64,000 nt of DNA from Botryllus schlosseri (lineage: Eukaryota). The notes below the pieces were generated by a model that was given only the letters and a program-made list of their open reading frames with translations, was not told the DNA's origin and did no database searches. Location: assembly GCA_051294905.1 (NCBI GenBank), contig CM119372.1, positions 27,158,001 through 27,222,000 of the forward strand. The letters are read 5' to 3'. The position numbers and the translations under genes are program-made. Below are positions 27,801 to 42,800 of the stretch, piece after piece; the stretch's first letter is position 1, and the number at the start of each line of letters is the position of its first letter.

Positions 27801-30800
27801 TCGATTGCTTATTTGAGCAATATAGACTTTGTTATTCGTAACTTTTCCGGCTGCATCCAAAATAGCACGCGGTAATGAGTTGACCACCACTCGCGAATAA
27901 TAATGGAACGCAGCAATTCCCATTCCTTATGATTTATCATATTTCATACCTTGGTATTCTTTGCGAAGAGCAATTCATGCTTCAATCGATATATTTTGAT
28001 GGGCTGAATCTTAGTCATAATTCGTCATCAACATGTCTTATATGATGGTGCCCACATTAACGCATTAAAACCTTCAATAACGCATTTAACACATTCCTGA
28101 TAACTACGATGCCAGTCACATACTGAGATGTAGAACACGATTTGGGGTGTAAAATATGACATTCGCTCAACTGGGGATCACGACGTACATTAGCTGGACA
28201 ATGTCATATTTTATATAGGATAGTTTTACCGGAAATGTGATTGTGAATCATGCGACAGATCAATGCAAACCATTCGACCACAGTCGAACTCCTAACTATG
28301 CGCTGGTCACGCATAAGTTAAGTATGCGTGATCCGTGCAGTCAGGCATTGCAAAGAGATGAAAATACAAATTATAATACCGATCGTCATCATGATAAAGT
28401 CCCATAGAAAGTACTCCGACAGGGACGTGATAAAAACATGTGATCGTTCATGGTTTGAGATACCACGGAACAACTGTAAGAGATTTGAATAAATTGTGCA
28501 ATGCAAAAAATTATTTGCAATGATCACATAACGACGACAGCGTTCTGTGGTTATGATTTTCGCGAAACTCTGTTCTCGACAATCCAGCTAAAGAGATTGT
28601 CGTGAATAGTCCCGGCTATTGTTAATAAGTCTGTTACAAATCTTCGGAATTATAAAGCTGAAACTGAATGTACAAACTATAGATGTCAATTCTTCTATAA
28701 TTTGCTGCCTGCCAATAACAATTTTCAACACTATCGGCTGTGAAAACTCAGCAACTGTCTTGATATAGTGGCAAAACGCCCAGTGTTAGTCTCTATAGGT
28801 TTCGTCATAATTTACCTATAATCCATACGTATTGCGGTTGGAATTGAATTTTTAATCTCATAAACGGCATATCAAAATTAGTTGGCAATGATAGCTTGGT
28901 TCACAACGGCAGGGCGAAATTACGTGGAAACCGATCTTATAAATCCATTCAATAATTACAATTTGGATATTCTGGATTTGATTCAGATCGATAAGACGCT
29001 TGGACGTGACACCTTACATCCAACAGTAGCATAGGACTTTCATGCACACTTTCCAAACGATAGAATTGAAATCAAGCGGGAATTGCAACAAAAAATATTA
29101 AAATTAGTCATATAAGCAGCGTGTATGCTTGAAGCGTATTATAGTATCGACTCTTGTCGGCTCCCAAAATTGGAGGTGAATTCTGTCAAATCTTACTACT
29201 GAAAATTGGTAGCCTATGTTAACTTGCAAGCAATTGCAATACTAGTTTACCCATAAACATATTTCATGGCGACATAATAGCACTTCAATATATACTGAAA
29301 TGGAGGCTTCAGCAAAGGTTTCCCAGAATAGAGAAACGCACTAGTTACTAATACTATAATTTGAACCGCTTCTTGGAGGTACAGAATTTCAATATGAATA
29401 TACTATGCAATAATACTATAATGATCATAATCATACTTCTGATTTCAGTGACGAATCAGACGAGCCCCGAACATATCCAATGACTGAGAATACTTTGGTG
29501 AATATTTGTAGAGGGAGATCAGAAGATCAATCGGGATATTGTATTCTTCCGTCTGATCTTGAACACGACAGACTGAGATTGTGCAGGAATGGTAAATATG
29601 TGTTGATAATCTCATCTAGGTGCCGATTCCAGGTACTGAATCTCCATACCACGGTTTCTGAAGTTGCGATAAAGCAGCCAATATATATTTATCAGGAGGT
29701 AACACAGTCTCTGGGCTATCTAGCCGCCCAACTCGCGTATGGGTGCGTGGGTCCTTGGGTTTACGATGATCCAACACTTGGTCGCGATTTAGAAATATAT
29801 GGACATATAAGAATGATGAATTTGCCTGACCAATCATAATTAACACCTTCAGGAATAAACATATTTTTGGCGACAAATATTATTTCCTGCGGCCAACTCC
29901 AATAGAAGATATCTTATATACTTTACAATCCAAATAATACCATTCCATTTCAATCGGAAAAGCACCGCTATATCATCTCAATACTCAACGACAATATCGC
30001 TGGTCATATCTTTTTCTTAAATGAAACACCAGAATCAACAAGCTGTTCGCCAGGGGAGTATGCCTGTCGCGACGGATCTTCCTGTCTTCACGTGTCCTAC
30101 TTTTGCGACGGGTTCCCGAGTTGCAAGTGAGCAACAGCGCATGCGTTGAACATGAAACTGTTTTAGCTTCGTTCCGCATGACTAAGATATATTCGATTCC
30201 GAATATACGATCATCATGCGAATGTCCGAGTTTGAAGCGTGTGATTGAGTCCTCAAAAGGACCTATTCTTTTATGTTTCTAACTTTATATCAGCCGTGTT
30301 TGCCAACCTTATCTAATTCAATGGTCAGTTTTGCCTCGCTTTTAATGTTGATGTGTTGATACTTGATATTTTAAACATCTTGCTATTATTAAACCGCTCA
30401 ATTTATCCTGATGAAAAATAAATCAAATATTCATCGGACTGTTTCATTGCGTCTACGTCACGTAGGCTAACCGCTGTGCCGCAGTGAAGTCATAAAATTA
30501 CCCACTTGACAGTTTTTGTAGCTGCAGACACATTGTCGTTTTTCGGGGCATTTCGAATTGGTGGTTAGTTGAAGTCAGTTTGGATATTTCTGCTGGATAA
30601 TGAGTATGACGTGAAAGCTCCTGTGAAGAATGTACCCATCAGTTAAATTTGCATGCAGCTTTATTTTTATGTTCGTGGTCGAAAATGTTTATATTTGAAA
30701 ATAGGGAGAGATGTTGGTGTGCCTTTACTTGATATGCATGATACACATAGACGTAACTGAAAAGTCCACCTATACCTGATTTAAGGGACAGAAGTGACGA

Positions 30801-33800
30801 GCCAAGACCATTATTAGACGCTGATTCTGCTGGTAGGCTATGTATGGGACGGGAGCTATCTGGAACGAAGCCACACCCCTATTGCCGGCTACGTGACGAG
30901 GAAATTTGTGATGGATTGAGCATCTGTTCCAACGGTAAGATCCCTCGAATGTGGAAAATATGACCATATCATGTCTTCCTGACCAGGAAATGTTAGGTGA
31001 TTTAGCAGTAGAAATCACAGATCTGGAAATTCGCAGGTTTAATATAGTTCAGAGCGACTCAAGTGTCGGTCCGCGGTCCGAAGTGTTGAATCCGAACCTT
31101 ATCTGTCTCGGGATTTACTCAGTTTTTTACCGAAACCTATTCCACTATCGTTGATTTCGATAAACAAAGTACAGTGTTGAGGCAGCGTTTTCGAATAGGA
31201 ACCTTAAAAAACTATATTTCGCATCTGTATGACCAGTAAAAACCTTCACCTCTACCTTTTACTCACTCTTACCACTTTAGAACCAAGATTTAAATAAAAG
31301 GAAATAAAAATAACAATTCTTCGAATAACTAACTAATAGAACAACAAACCAATTTCGCATATTGCTTTGGTAAGTAACCGCCTTAGCGGATTTTGTTTAA
31401 GTTACATTCCTCTGACTATGTAGCATTTCATGTGAGTTTCAACGCATCTCAGCAAATTTTTAACTTTTGTACCTTTACCGTTGCTATCGGAATTGAGTAT
31501 CCATAGTAGTCATAGTATCCATCCAGTCACAGCTTGTCGTCGAGAAAGCGCCGCCATTGGGATCTGTATATTTCAAGGCTGCGGATTGCACAGGGATAAT
31601 ACTTCTGTTGCTTCCCGCATACATCCAGATTTTCGTTTAGACTTCATTCAAAATCGAGCCTTATCAACCTCATTTCTGACAAGGCTAGTATTTCGTTTTG
31701 ATATTTATTAGGATATAGTGTCCATAAATATGAAAGTCGTAGTTCACCATTGGCGATCGTTTCATTATTTTATTGCCAGGTGCACGTAGGCTATATTGCG
31801 GTCACATCAGGTTGTTGGCTTGCCTGGGTCGATCGTTTTTTTTTTTAATATTTCCAAATTATCCACTCGTAAGTAGGCTCCCTTACGCTTGTCAGCGTGA
31901 AAGTTACGAAAATATTTTGAGAATATCCAGTTTTGGTGTTCCTTGTATTTCGAACATCCTACTCATTTGGAGTTGTTGATTCTTGGCTGATTCCATTGGT
32001 TGTATCCTTATTTTGCTTAAGGCAACAAGAAAAGCAAGAAGAGTATTCTCATTGAAGTGATTATCCATTGATTTGATCAATAAATTCCAGGGAAAATTAC
32101 CTGAACCTTCTACAAAAGTATTCCGAGTTCAGTAATTATGGCTTTTAGCCAAATTCGTAACCACAGGGAAATTTTGGTAGAATCAATTAATCAACAAAAC
32201 TATATTTTCTCAACAAAAATTGACGTCATGGATTGATTGTGCCATAGTGCAGAGTGATGACGTTAAAATGTCTGAACATCTTAATCAGGCTCTCGTACAC
32301 TGATTAGCCGGTGGTTGTTGGTATTGAAATAGGTTTTTTGAACTACAGACGTTGGAATTTTGCCATGCGTTTCTGCTCCGACCTTTCATTACTCTTCACT
32401 GTTTAGCTCATCAGATATTTCCAATTATATTATTCTATTTAGCATCAATGGTGTTACGATATCTATACACTAGTCAAGTGGTTTCCAACCTTTTTCGACT
32501 CATTGCCACCATTTCAAGCTCGACACAGATTTTCGCCCACCAATATTTTCGGATCGGAAAATGAGGACACGCACGAGAAATTTATTCACCTAACCCTGAT
32601 CGCTGATGAATAGACTAAAAAAGGTCACTTTTCAGACTAGGTGCCGGAAACCCGGTTTTCGCACATACTTTCCGTTGAGTAGATCTTTTGGTAGTCAACT
32701 TTCGTGTCATATGCAGAGTAAACCGTCTTCAAGTGAATTTTTGGCCGTGTTAATAAAATATTTGTCACAGAACGTTCTAATATTTTCGCTCCCTATCGCC
32801 CCCAGTCACCCTATTTTAATATTTTCTCTCCCTTGTTTCTCAGAATCGCCCACTAGAGGTCGATATCACTCTCGTTGAGAACCACTGCCTTAGTGCGTTA
32901 TTCTTTAAATTAATTCTTGAGCTGCCGAGCGCGTCCCGTTTTTAGTCTGCAGGCTTTTGTCCTGCTATATGCGGATAAAATAGCGACGAAGAGCGCAGGG
33001 AAACATCCGCCACTTAGAAAATTATTCTGGAGTTGACCTAGCGCGGACTCAAACCTCCTACCGAATGGCGTTACAGTCGCGGAACATACCGCTGCACTAC
33101 TTCTCAGGAGCAGATGATTTTTTTAAATATCAGCCGCTCCGAGACAAGGATTAAGAAACATTGCCATATATTGTTTATAGTATCTTTATCGACTTTGCCA
33201 ATTGGTAACTGATGACTAGATTCGTAGTGGGGATTGATGACGAAATTCGAAGACTTACCAAGGTTCTCTGTGTCATATTACTTGGGCTGGCCACTTTTCA
33301 GTCTCCTTTCCATTTATGTATTGTAGAATGTATCATGTTGTATCAGTGTAAACCTGGATTGTAATATTTGTGTGGATGCCGATTTTGGCGCAATGACTTG
33401 CCTTTTATATTTTCGCCGGCTAAATACCTTCCAAAAAAGACAACTCGATGAATGCCCGCGCATAAGGGCTGTTCAAAAAAACATTTTTTAAATATTTTTC
33501 GCTACGTGATTAAATCGTCAGGCTGCCTAAAAAAAACGATGCACACCAAATTTGACTCAATTCCAACCAGTAGATGCCGAGTTCATTCAAATTGAAATTT
33601 GAGTCATTTTTAAATAATAGTATTTACGGTGGCAAATTTCGTCACTCCGACATGACGAGAAATCGTGTTCAAGGCATGCCTGAAGGAGCAGGAATGCTTT
33701 TTCTACCCGTTTACATCTTGACAAGGCCAATGGTAGAGTTTGGATATAGACATCGCAAGTTACCGAAAAAAAGATATGACACGGATTAGCTGAAATTAGT

Positions 33801-36800
33801 CGACTTCATTGAAATAGCCACGTTCAAAGGATGGGGATATGTTTGCAAATGAAGTACTGTTCACACTAAAATTAACGACCACAAAAACCTTATAAACTGG
33901 CAAGCAGGTAAAACAAGAGTAAATATATTTCTCAACTGATAGTTAATATCTATGATTCTTGTAGATTTCACGAAGTCTTAACGAAGCTTGTGGCTGTATT
34001 TTTCACAAAACATTTCGACATTATGATATCGTATCATTGGCCCTTCAGCACTCTATATTACTCTCTCAAACGAATTAGGAATACTTCACATTGTTTACGA
34101 CTTTCAGTGGATACACATTAATGTTTAGTTAAATATAAGTAGATAAACTCGGGTCATGTACAGATAGGATGCTCCAGAATTATCACCCCTCGTTGATAAT
34201 AATCGTGACAGATCTTCCTCCTATCAAAAAGTTATCGTCCTTTCTTCACGTCATACTCCATATTCGCTGAATACCATCTAACAGTCTCCATTTATCATAT
34301 TAGAGAACCAATACGTTTTATTATTCTATGACAAAAAGGGGTTTCAGGAGATATTGAAAGACCAGAAAATGACGAATGTGCTTTATAAGCTAAGTGGGTC
34401 ACCATTTCGTTTCCCTGAAGCTCGAAAAGTTTCGACCACATAAAAAGCTCTAGTATCAACGCTTATGTGAAATACCAGAAATAATTTTTCAATTCATAAA
34501 TACTATTTATTGGTGTATCTCATTCCCAATTGCAATCAGCACCAGTTTTGACGTTCTGGATCAGTCAATGTCAAGTATAGCAGAACACTGGGAACACTGG
34601 GCTGTTGAGGGATGCAATTGATGTCTCTGTGGCTGAGATTTTGGAAATGGCGACTATACAATCGGTAAAAACTTTGAATCTAGGCCGTGAGACATCGGTA
34701 TGCCCTGCATAACTCGCATAGGGCACAGCAACTTCAACATATCATGAATTATGCTCGCAGTCAGTCCCAGACCCGTCTAGTCACCGTCTACTTTGAACTG
34801 CGTACCGACAGGCTACATACGATGTCTAAGCGACATTTCTGTTACTTCACATAAGTGTTGATACTATGCTTTATGTTTGTAAACTTTGCAATCCTCACGA
34901 AAACCAAATAGTAACTCATATTAGTCAAATGGTATAGCATATCAGTCTTCTGGGTGACTTTCCTTACCACCTCAAATACATGATCAAAGTATAATTGAAA
35001 GCATCGGCGTTCTACTGGAGGAAAATTGTGATAATTATAATGAACCAAAGGCGAGATTCCTCGAGCATCCTATCGATACATGAGCCGAGTTCATCACATA
35101 TAATGAAGGATATCTAATTCTATTTAAAGTAAAAAATATATTCCATCAGTCACAATTCATTTGCGAGAAGATTATAGGAGTGCTGAAGAGCGAATAATAT
35201 TATATCATAATATCACAATGCATTGTGAAACACAGCCACAAATTTCGTTTAGATTTCGCGAAATCTATATTGGTCCGACGTAAAGTTCTTCTAAGTGTTG
35301 ACTCTCACTTGAGAAATATATTTACCCATATTTTACTTGCTTTTCAGTTTATTTGGTTTTCGTGGTCGTTAATTTTAGTGTGAAAAGTACTTTATTTGCA
35401 AATTATATCACCGTCCTTTGAACGTGACTATTTTAATGAAGTTGAATTCTTTCCAGCTAATCCGTGTCATATCTTTTTTTCGTTAACAGGCTATGTCCAT
35501 ATCCGAACTCTACCATAGGCCCTCATCAAGATGTAAACGGGTGGAAAAAGCATCCTGGCACCTGCAGGCATGGCTTGAACACGACTTTTCGTCATGTCGG
35601 AGTGACGAAATTTGCCACCGTGAATAGGCCTACTATTATTTAAAAAATGACCGAAATTTCAATTTGGAAGAACTCGGCTTCTACTGGTTGGAATTGAGTC
35701 GAATTTGTTGTGCAGCGTTTTTTAGGCAACCTCACGATTTAATCAGGTAGCAAGAAAGATCCGGAAAAAAGTTTTTTGAACAGCCCAACGCGCATATGTG
35801 CAAATATGCTGATGCCACTGCCTAAAACCACATTTTATTGATAACCCGGGTATATATGGGAAAGATATAATCTGATTTTTTTGCGGTTGTTTTTCACAAT
35901 ATCCCCGTGTGATCTATTGATACACTGGGAAAGTTTACGAAACGCAACCTTCAACAAATAGTTTGATTCGGAACAATTTTCTTGCATTCTCGGTATGAGA
36001 ATCATTATCCTCAACTCTGTGATATTTCCTTTTAACAGACGTGGACGAATGCTTTTGCGGAGACAACAGTGAAGGTAATAATAAATAACATAGGTGTCAG
36101 AAATAATGGGCTAATAGTCTAACACGGGCCCAATACAGAATAAATACGCAGGCACGTGTAGCAGAGTATGGTGCACTTTGTTGACAGGATAAAAATGTCT
36201 TGGCGGGAACGAACGAAATCGCCAATTAATCGAGACCTTGGATTCATCGCAAAAGAGCGAACACATACTACGTCTCTAGTGATCGAGTGAATTTTAGGGT
36301 AAGGGGGACACACTTCAAACCTCCACTGACTGGTCACAAGTGATTCAGGCTACTGTAGTTCCAACTCCAGAATGAATAATTGCTATTCTGCTTTTCCGGT
36401 CAGTAATGCCAGTTCGAATCATAGCTTCCTAAGCCAGCCCCCGGAACCGACTAGAGTAGGACAATCTTAAAAGTTACCACGTATATATACAGTGTGATGG
36501 TTTTTGTTTCGTCTTAAAAGCATAGCAACTGGTTAAATTATTTTCGAAGTTTAGACGTTGCGATCTCATTTGCTATAGATATTCGTTGATCCAAAGACTC
36601 ACTCACTGCTATATTAATTTAGTGTTGAAACTAGAAAATGATGGGCTGTAACAAAGTTTAGCTGAAGCCTTACCATGTCCAAGCAATTTACAGCTATATT
36701 TACAGCACTTGCTGCGGCCAAAAATATCTTTTCATCGACCGCAGGTAACCAGCGGAATACAATTGGGACATTGCTGATCCAACATCTCAGAGCTAAAGTA

Positions 36801-39800
36801 TGATCCTTTCAGGATGTTTCATAAATGAAATTAAAATGCTCCTAGGTCATATCGATAACGGCTGTTTTCGATGCTTGTCAAACCCCACGCAAATCATCGG
36901 AGTCTCCAGTGTGTGCGATGGATTCCTGGATTGCCACGATCTCAGTGACGAATGCCTCTGCCAGGCAGCTGAACGTCCCAAGATCTGCGAAAGAATGAAA
37001 TGGGGCATGGACTTCGTTCATTAATTTATATAGCGGTGACAAACAAGTAGGTTTTTTATTCAGGGATGCTGAATGCAACGGAAAATCGATCTTCACATTT
37101 AAGGTACACGAACGCAATCGATCAAAATTTGATGGATGGAAGTATGCGAAGATTTGTTTGCGATGAAAAGTCAGTAATCAGGAAATTCATATAAGCAATA
37201 TTGGTTTTCAATCAAGCGAAACGTCATTTTTGTGATGATTTATGTGACAATGCCCAATGACCTTAATTCAACTAAAAAATAAATAAAGTTCTGCTGAGTA
37301 GCGAGTCATTTCCGTGACATAAAATTTCGTTACACTGTTTTAAAGAGTGACTTTACTTATGTTTCTTGCAAGGAAACTGTGGGGTTTGGTCCGGGTCCAC
37401 AGTTATGGCTTAAGTTGGTTTAGCTTTGAGCTCAATATCGCACTATTGTTTCTGTTTACTATAACTGTAACGGTTGCCCGACATATGGGCATGCGACACA
37501 ATGGAAAACGACAGTTCAGCATGGAACACATCAGCATGCATCACTTCAGCATGTGACTGTATAACCCAAAAACTTACCCTAACCCGAAACATAGCCTAAC
37601 CCAGGGGTCGCCACCTCAAAACGGGTCGCGGGCCACTTTTCGAATTTCGTGCAGTCCGTGGACCGCAAAAATGTAATATGGAGACAAAATAGACCACACA
37701 CTCTCTAGCAGCCACGCTTTCAAAGCTTTCGTCAGTACAATGCTGTTCAATGAAATCTAAAGAAAAAGTTTTTTTTGAACAGCCCTAGTTCATGGACGAC
37801 GGGCGTAGTTACCACAAAGGAAGTAATAGTTTAATAAAGAAATACAAATACAACAATGGACATATCATGATCTTCAACGCTTTTCAGCGACTGCGGAATC
37901 GATATTAGGGTTACCGTGACACGGTACTAGCTGAAAGTCTTGTGGGGAATCCGTAATCCGTTCTGTAAGTGTCTTGGCAGTGTCTTGGTCATTGCACGTA
38001 AGGCACTCTGCCCATGCCCATTCATATCATCTGATTCTCCCTAGATGGCATGTTGTTGCCATCGCCGAAGCCATTGCATTTATTGAGGAATATAGTGATG
38101 TTGGTGGGCAATGGGCATACTTTGAAACAACTATATTTTAAAGCTGAAATAAATTTCAGCATCTCAAACTGCTTCACTTTTCGTTGTTCCAAAATCATAA
38201 ATCCTATCGCGGGCCGCAAAATATGACCTAGAGGGCCACATGCGGCCCGCGGGCCGCGTGTTGGTGACCCCTGGCCTAACCCAACCCAACCTAACCTAGC
38301 CTAACCTAACCTAAAGCCCAACCATAAATCCAACCCTAACCTACCCCTAACCCGTAATTTTACCCACATGCTCATGTGTCGCATGCCAAATTGTCGCATG
38401 CCGAAGTCTCGCATTCTCATATGTCCACGGACCAATTGTAACCCATAGCCAGTGTTGGGATCAAGTCACTACCTTCGAGTCACGAGTCATCTCGAGTCAT
38501 TGCACATTTTGACTCGAGTCAAGTCAAGTCAATCGATTTTCAAAGGTGACTCGAGTCAAGTCAAGTCAATCGTTTTTTGGAGGTGACTCGAGTCAAGTCG
38601 AGTCAAGTCAAGTCAAGTCACGAGTCAAGTCACGATTCAAGTCAAATTGAAATTTCGAAGTATGATTGATGATGCAAAGTCATTATATTTTGCTAACTAG
38701 ATTAAGGACAGATGAATTGGCCATTTATCTTGAATCAAATAACGAATATAAAGATAAATATACATGCGAAACGATGTTGCAGCACTCACGCAAACGTAGA
38801 GCTGCTAATAAAATATGCGAATAATTTTATAGTTACATCTACAGTCTGATTTTATCGGCCAATATTGAGTATCGAATACGAATCCTCGAGAAGTTGAAGA
38901 AATTGATGTGGTACAATACACCGCCCAAATACACATCCGTGAGAATATAAACGCGTAAACTATATTCGTTCGTTATATATCAAACAAGATGGTTGGTAAA
39001 GGTGAGCACATCCGCAATGTAAGCTCTGAGCCGTCTTAGAAACAAGGATACACGTTGCTATTAGATTAATCCAGGGTCGGCCAACCCGTGGCCCGCGGGC
39101 CACATGTGGCCCGCGAGAAGGTTTTGAGTGGCCCGCGAGGTAATTTCCGAAATTGGTAATGTTATAAAAATGAATTGCACGGATTGTGAACTTGCAATGC
39201 CAACCAAAAATTTGATTAGTCTGGAAGCAACACTTGAGATGTTATGACTAAAATATCAGTTACGACGCATTGGCATTTCCATGAGCCAGTCACACTTTGG
39301 TAGATCTTCGTACACTACAATAAAGCAGAATAATTTGCGATAAATATATCAAAAGTAAATATTTTCTACACGCTTCGCGCAACATTTTGTCACTCGATTT
39401 CTTGCTTTTAATATTGTTACCCCTTTGTGAAGATGAAAGAACGCTTAATGTATCAGATTGAGTCTAACTATATTCTCGATTACGAGACAAAGTGTCATGC
39501 GACCTAGCGTTTGCGCTCGCAGAAAGACCGTCGACTATGAAACCTAGGCACAAAACGATTGACGCATGTTGGTCGAAGCTTTCGAAATTGATATGTTCAG
39601 GCGCTGAATAGTCTAGTCCTGGCAAACTGAGCCCAGCGATATACTGCAGGCCTGCAATATAGTCAAGTGACTATTATTGAGCTATGGATGTCGAAAAAAT
39701 TTCGCGCTTCGCGCGGCTAGTGGCCCGCGCAATATTTCGTCGATCGAATGTGGCCCTTTGGCTGAAAAGGTTGACCAGCCCTGGATTAATCTATTGCTAC

Positions 39801-42800
39801 TACGATAACGTAAGCTGTGATTGTATCGTTAGCGGTCAAATTATTTGTGATGTGACAATGGAGAATCAGTGAAACGTACAATCAGCGAATGACTGGTTGC
39901 TTTCACAAGTGACACCGGCGTATCGCGAACAAACAAAACATAAACAAGATATGGTTATTTAATCGACACAGTTTACTTAATGACTTGAAATTGACTCGTG
40001 AATTTTGCTCCGAGTCACGAGTCAATCCACATTTCTGATGCGCCGAGTCAAGTCAAGTCAAGTCATTTTTGCAAAGTGACTCGAGTCAAGTCAAGTCACA
40101 CGAAAAAGGTGACTCGAGTCTGACTCGAGTCAAGTCATGACTCGAGTCATCCCAACACTGCCCATAGCATTTATGATATTTAAAACTTTCGTTTTAACTA
40201 ACCTTCGATGTAGGAGACTTACGATAGTCATGTTTTTAGAATGACAAAATTGGTAAGTCATGTGATATTCTTCTTAGTAATCGACGTGATCAATACTGAT
40301 CCTTTAGTTCAGTGGTTCTCAATTTTTGTAGACACCCCCCCCCCTTGACGATAGTGAAAAATGTTGCGCCCCCTTATTGTCATATCGAAAATATTAAAAA
40401 GAGAAGCCAGAAGGTTGCAATCCCAACGTATAGTTTAATTGCATGGGAGGTTATCCCTGTTAAGAGACCTGTCAAATATGATATCCGGACGGAGCATTCT
40501 ACAAATTCGGTACTACATGAGCATTGAGCATGCCAGAAAGGGCTTCTTCGATGTTCTAAGCCACTTCGATTCAAATCCATGCTTGTTAGATTCAAAATGC
40601 ATATTATACATGACACATGACACGAACTTATAGGCAAATATCTTATTTCTCTATTTCTCCACTGATCACAGAAGTTTGACGAACAGACAATAAAAGATAA
40701 TGCATACATTAATTCACCATGCAGCCAATCCTCATTAAGATATATCTTCTCTGAAAGGTACAAGGTCCGGTATCAATCACAATGTAGCATCGGTGTAAGG
40801 ATAGTACGACGTTAATGTGACATTTAAAATCTCAATATCATTAGGATTATCGCCGGGGTTGATACTTGGAAGTTTCAGCAAGATTAAACTCATGTCAAGT
40901 TTATTTCTGTCAGGCGACTTCGCGCCCCCTTCAGATGCTTCCACGCCCGACCCCAAGGTGGCGCCCCCCAGTTTGAGAACCACTGCTTTAGTTACTGGAT
41001 TTCACTAGGCCTGCGTATTCGACATGATCATTAATCAGTTCCATCACAACAACTTCAAAAACATATAGATGCGGCATTCACCTTGACTGGTATGGACATG
41101 ACCGGCATTACAATATTATTACAATGATGCGTAAATACGTTCAGTCCGTTGCATAAGTTGGTCCATTTTCTGTAATTTCGGCCGAATTGGTTAGCAAATA
41201 TCTCCTACACACACAAACATTATTTTTCCTCTGAACAAATATAACTTTGGCATTGTTCTTATAGCGGTTATATAGCATTTCAATCAATCATAAATGGATC
41301 ATCGATATCGATTTACATAAATCGCCGCGATGACTCACCTCGAATTGGTAGTTCATAAATTGCATAGCATCAAGATTGGCTATAGCTTGGCGTGGTTAAT
41401 CCTAATCTGAAATTATGAATACGCATCAGCAAATTAAACTGCTTAAAATGAAAATGTTTGTTGACTCGAATTCGGATGGTTTGACTTGCGTCAATTCATT
41501 TTGAAAATTAGCGTGGCCTGACTCGTGACTGGACTTGATTCAAAACTTTGACTTGTGACTCGAAGGTAGTAACTTGATCCCGACACTTGCGAACAATACT
41601 ATAGATTGTTTGCGTTTGAAAATGATTAATCAGTCGAGAAACGAACAATACTTTCATTCACAGAACAACCAATGGTCAAGTTGAGAATGCAAAGCACTGC
41701 GTAAAGCGTAAGTAAACCTTTTCCAAGGTCACATGGTCTGACTATACGACGAGAAGAGCGTTACTAACCTCGATGCGGACTTGAAATTAACTCATCTGCT
41801 GATAATTATATGACCATATATTTGCAATATTATTTTTCTGCGGCTGGTTATTTCTTATGTTTATCATCTATCATTACCATCTCTCCGTTATTCTCCATCG
41901 ATTATTATTTTACCTGTCAGTGTCGTTGGGTATTTTGTTCATCTTAAGGGATTCTGTGGTATTGAGGTTATAGTATGATATGACGCTTCCACTAGCATGC
42001 TTTCGAATTTGTACCTCAGTTAGACATATGCTCGAGAGACACAGTATTCACAGTGTGCTTTAGTCAGAACCTCTTTCAACTTGCTATTTCTACAGTATCA
42101 AACAGAAGCACTCCGCACAGAGCTCTGACATGTCAATGCATAGCCTACATAAGCTGTTCATTTTATATATATATATACCTTAAACTAAAGAAATATAATC
42201 AAGTTAGTGCGCCTAGCCATTCAATCAACTGTAAATAGGGTGTGGACTATTAAAATCATAACCCAAAATTTCACGTCGATACACTACACAGTGCAGTATC
42301 AGTTCAATGTGCAATTTATTTTATGAAATTTTCTTCCATTCAGAGCCAGGGGCATTGTGCAAGATTGGTGAGCATGACAAAATTTTGAAAATTTTTAGTA
42401 GGGTAAATTTTGTTTCTAAATTGATTCTTATTGTAAATGAAAGACCAAACGATTACATCAACGTAAGCGAGGCTCTGCTTACTTAAAGGGTAGGCTAGGC
42501 ACGAATATTGGGTAATTATAGCTAATTCGACCTGATGAAAATTCGTTGAAAGTCACTTAATATTCGTTAACAGATGGACCATTCATCGCATGCGAATACG
42601 AGCATGAAGACCCAACAATTGCTAATTGCGTCAGTGACGACATTCATTGCAAGCAGCTTCCTAAGGCGTATCTGTGAGTAATCTTCCATAGAACGACGCC
42701 GAATTGAGTATAAATGATTGATTCGAGCCTCGAGTCAAGTATCTGAGTGTCATTTGTTATGAAGCCATAACAGTAATGTTGAGTGTCAATTGTGTTCCAT

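Noticed and set aside
17555..30934. Mutually exclusive, Dscam-like splicing of the LDLa cassettes
   Set aside because: The cysteine pattern fits constitutive tandem use better. Not excluded without transcripts.
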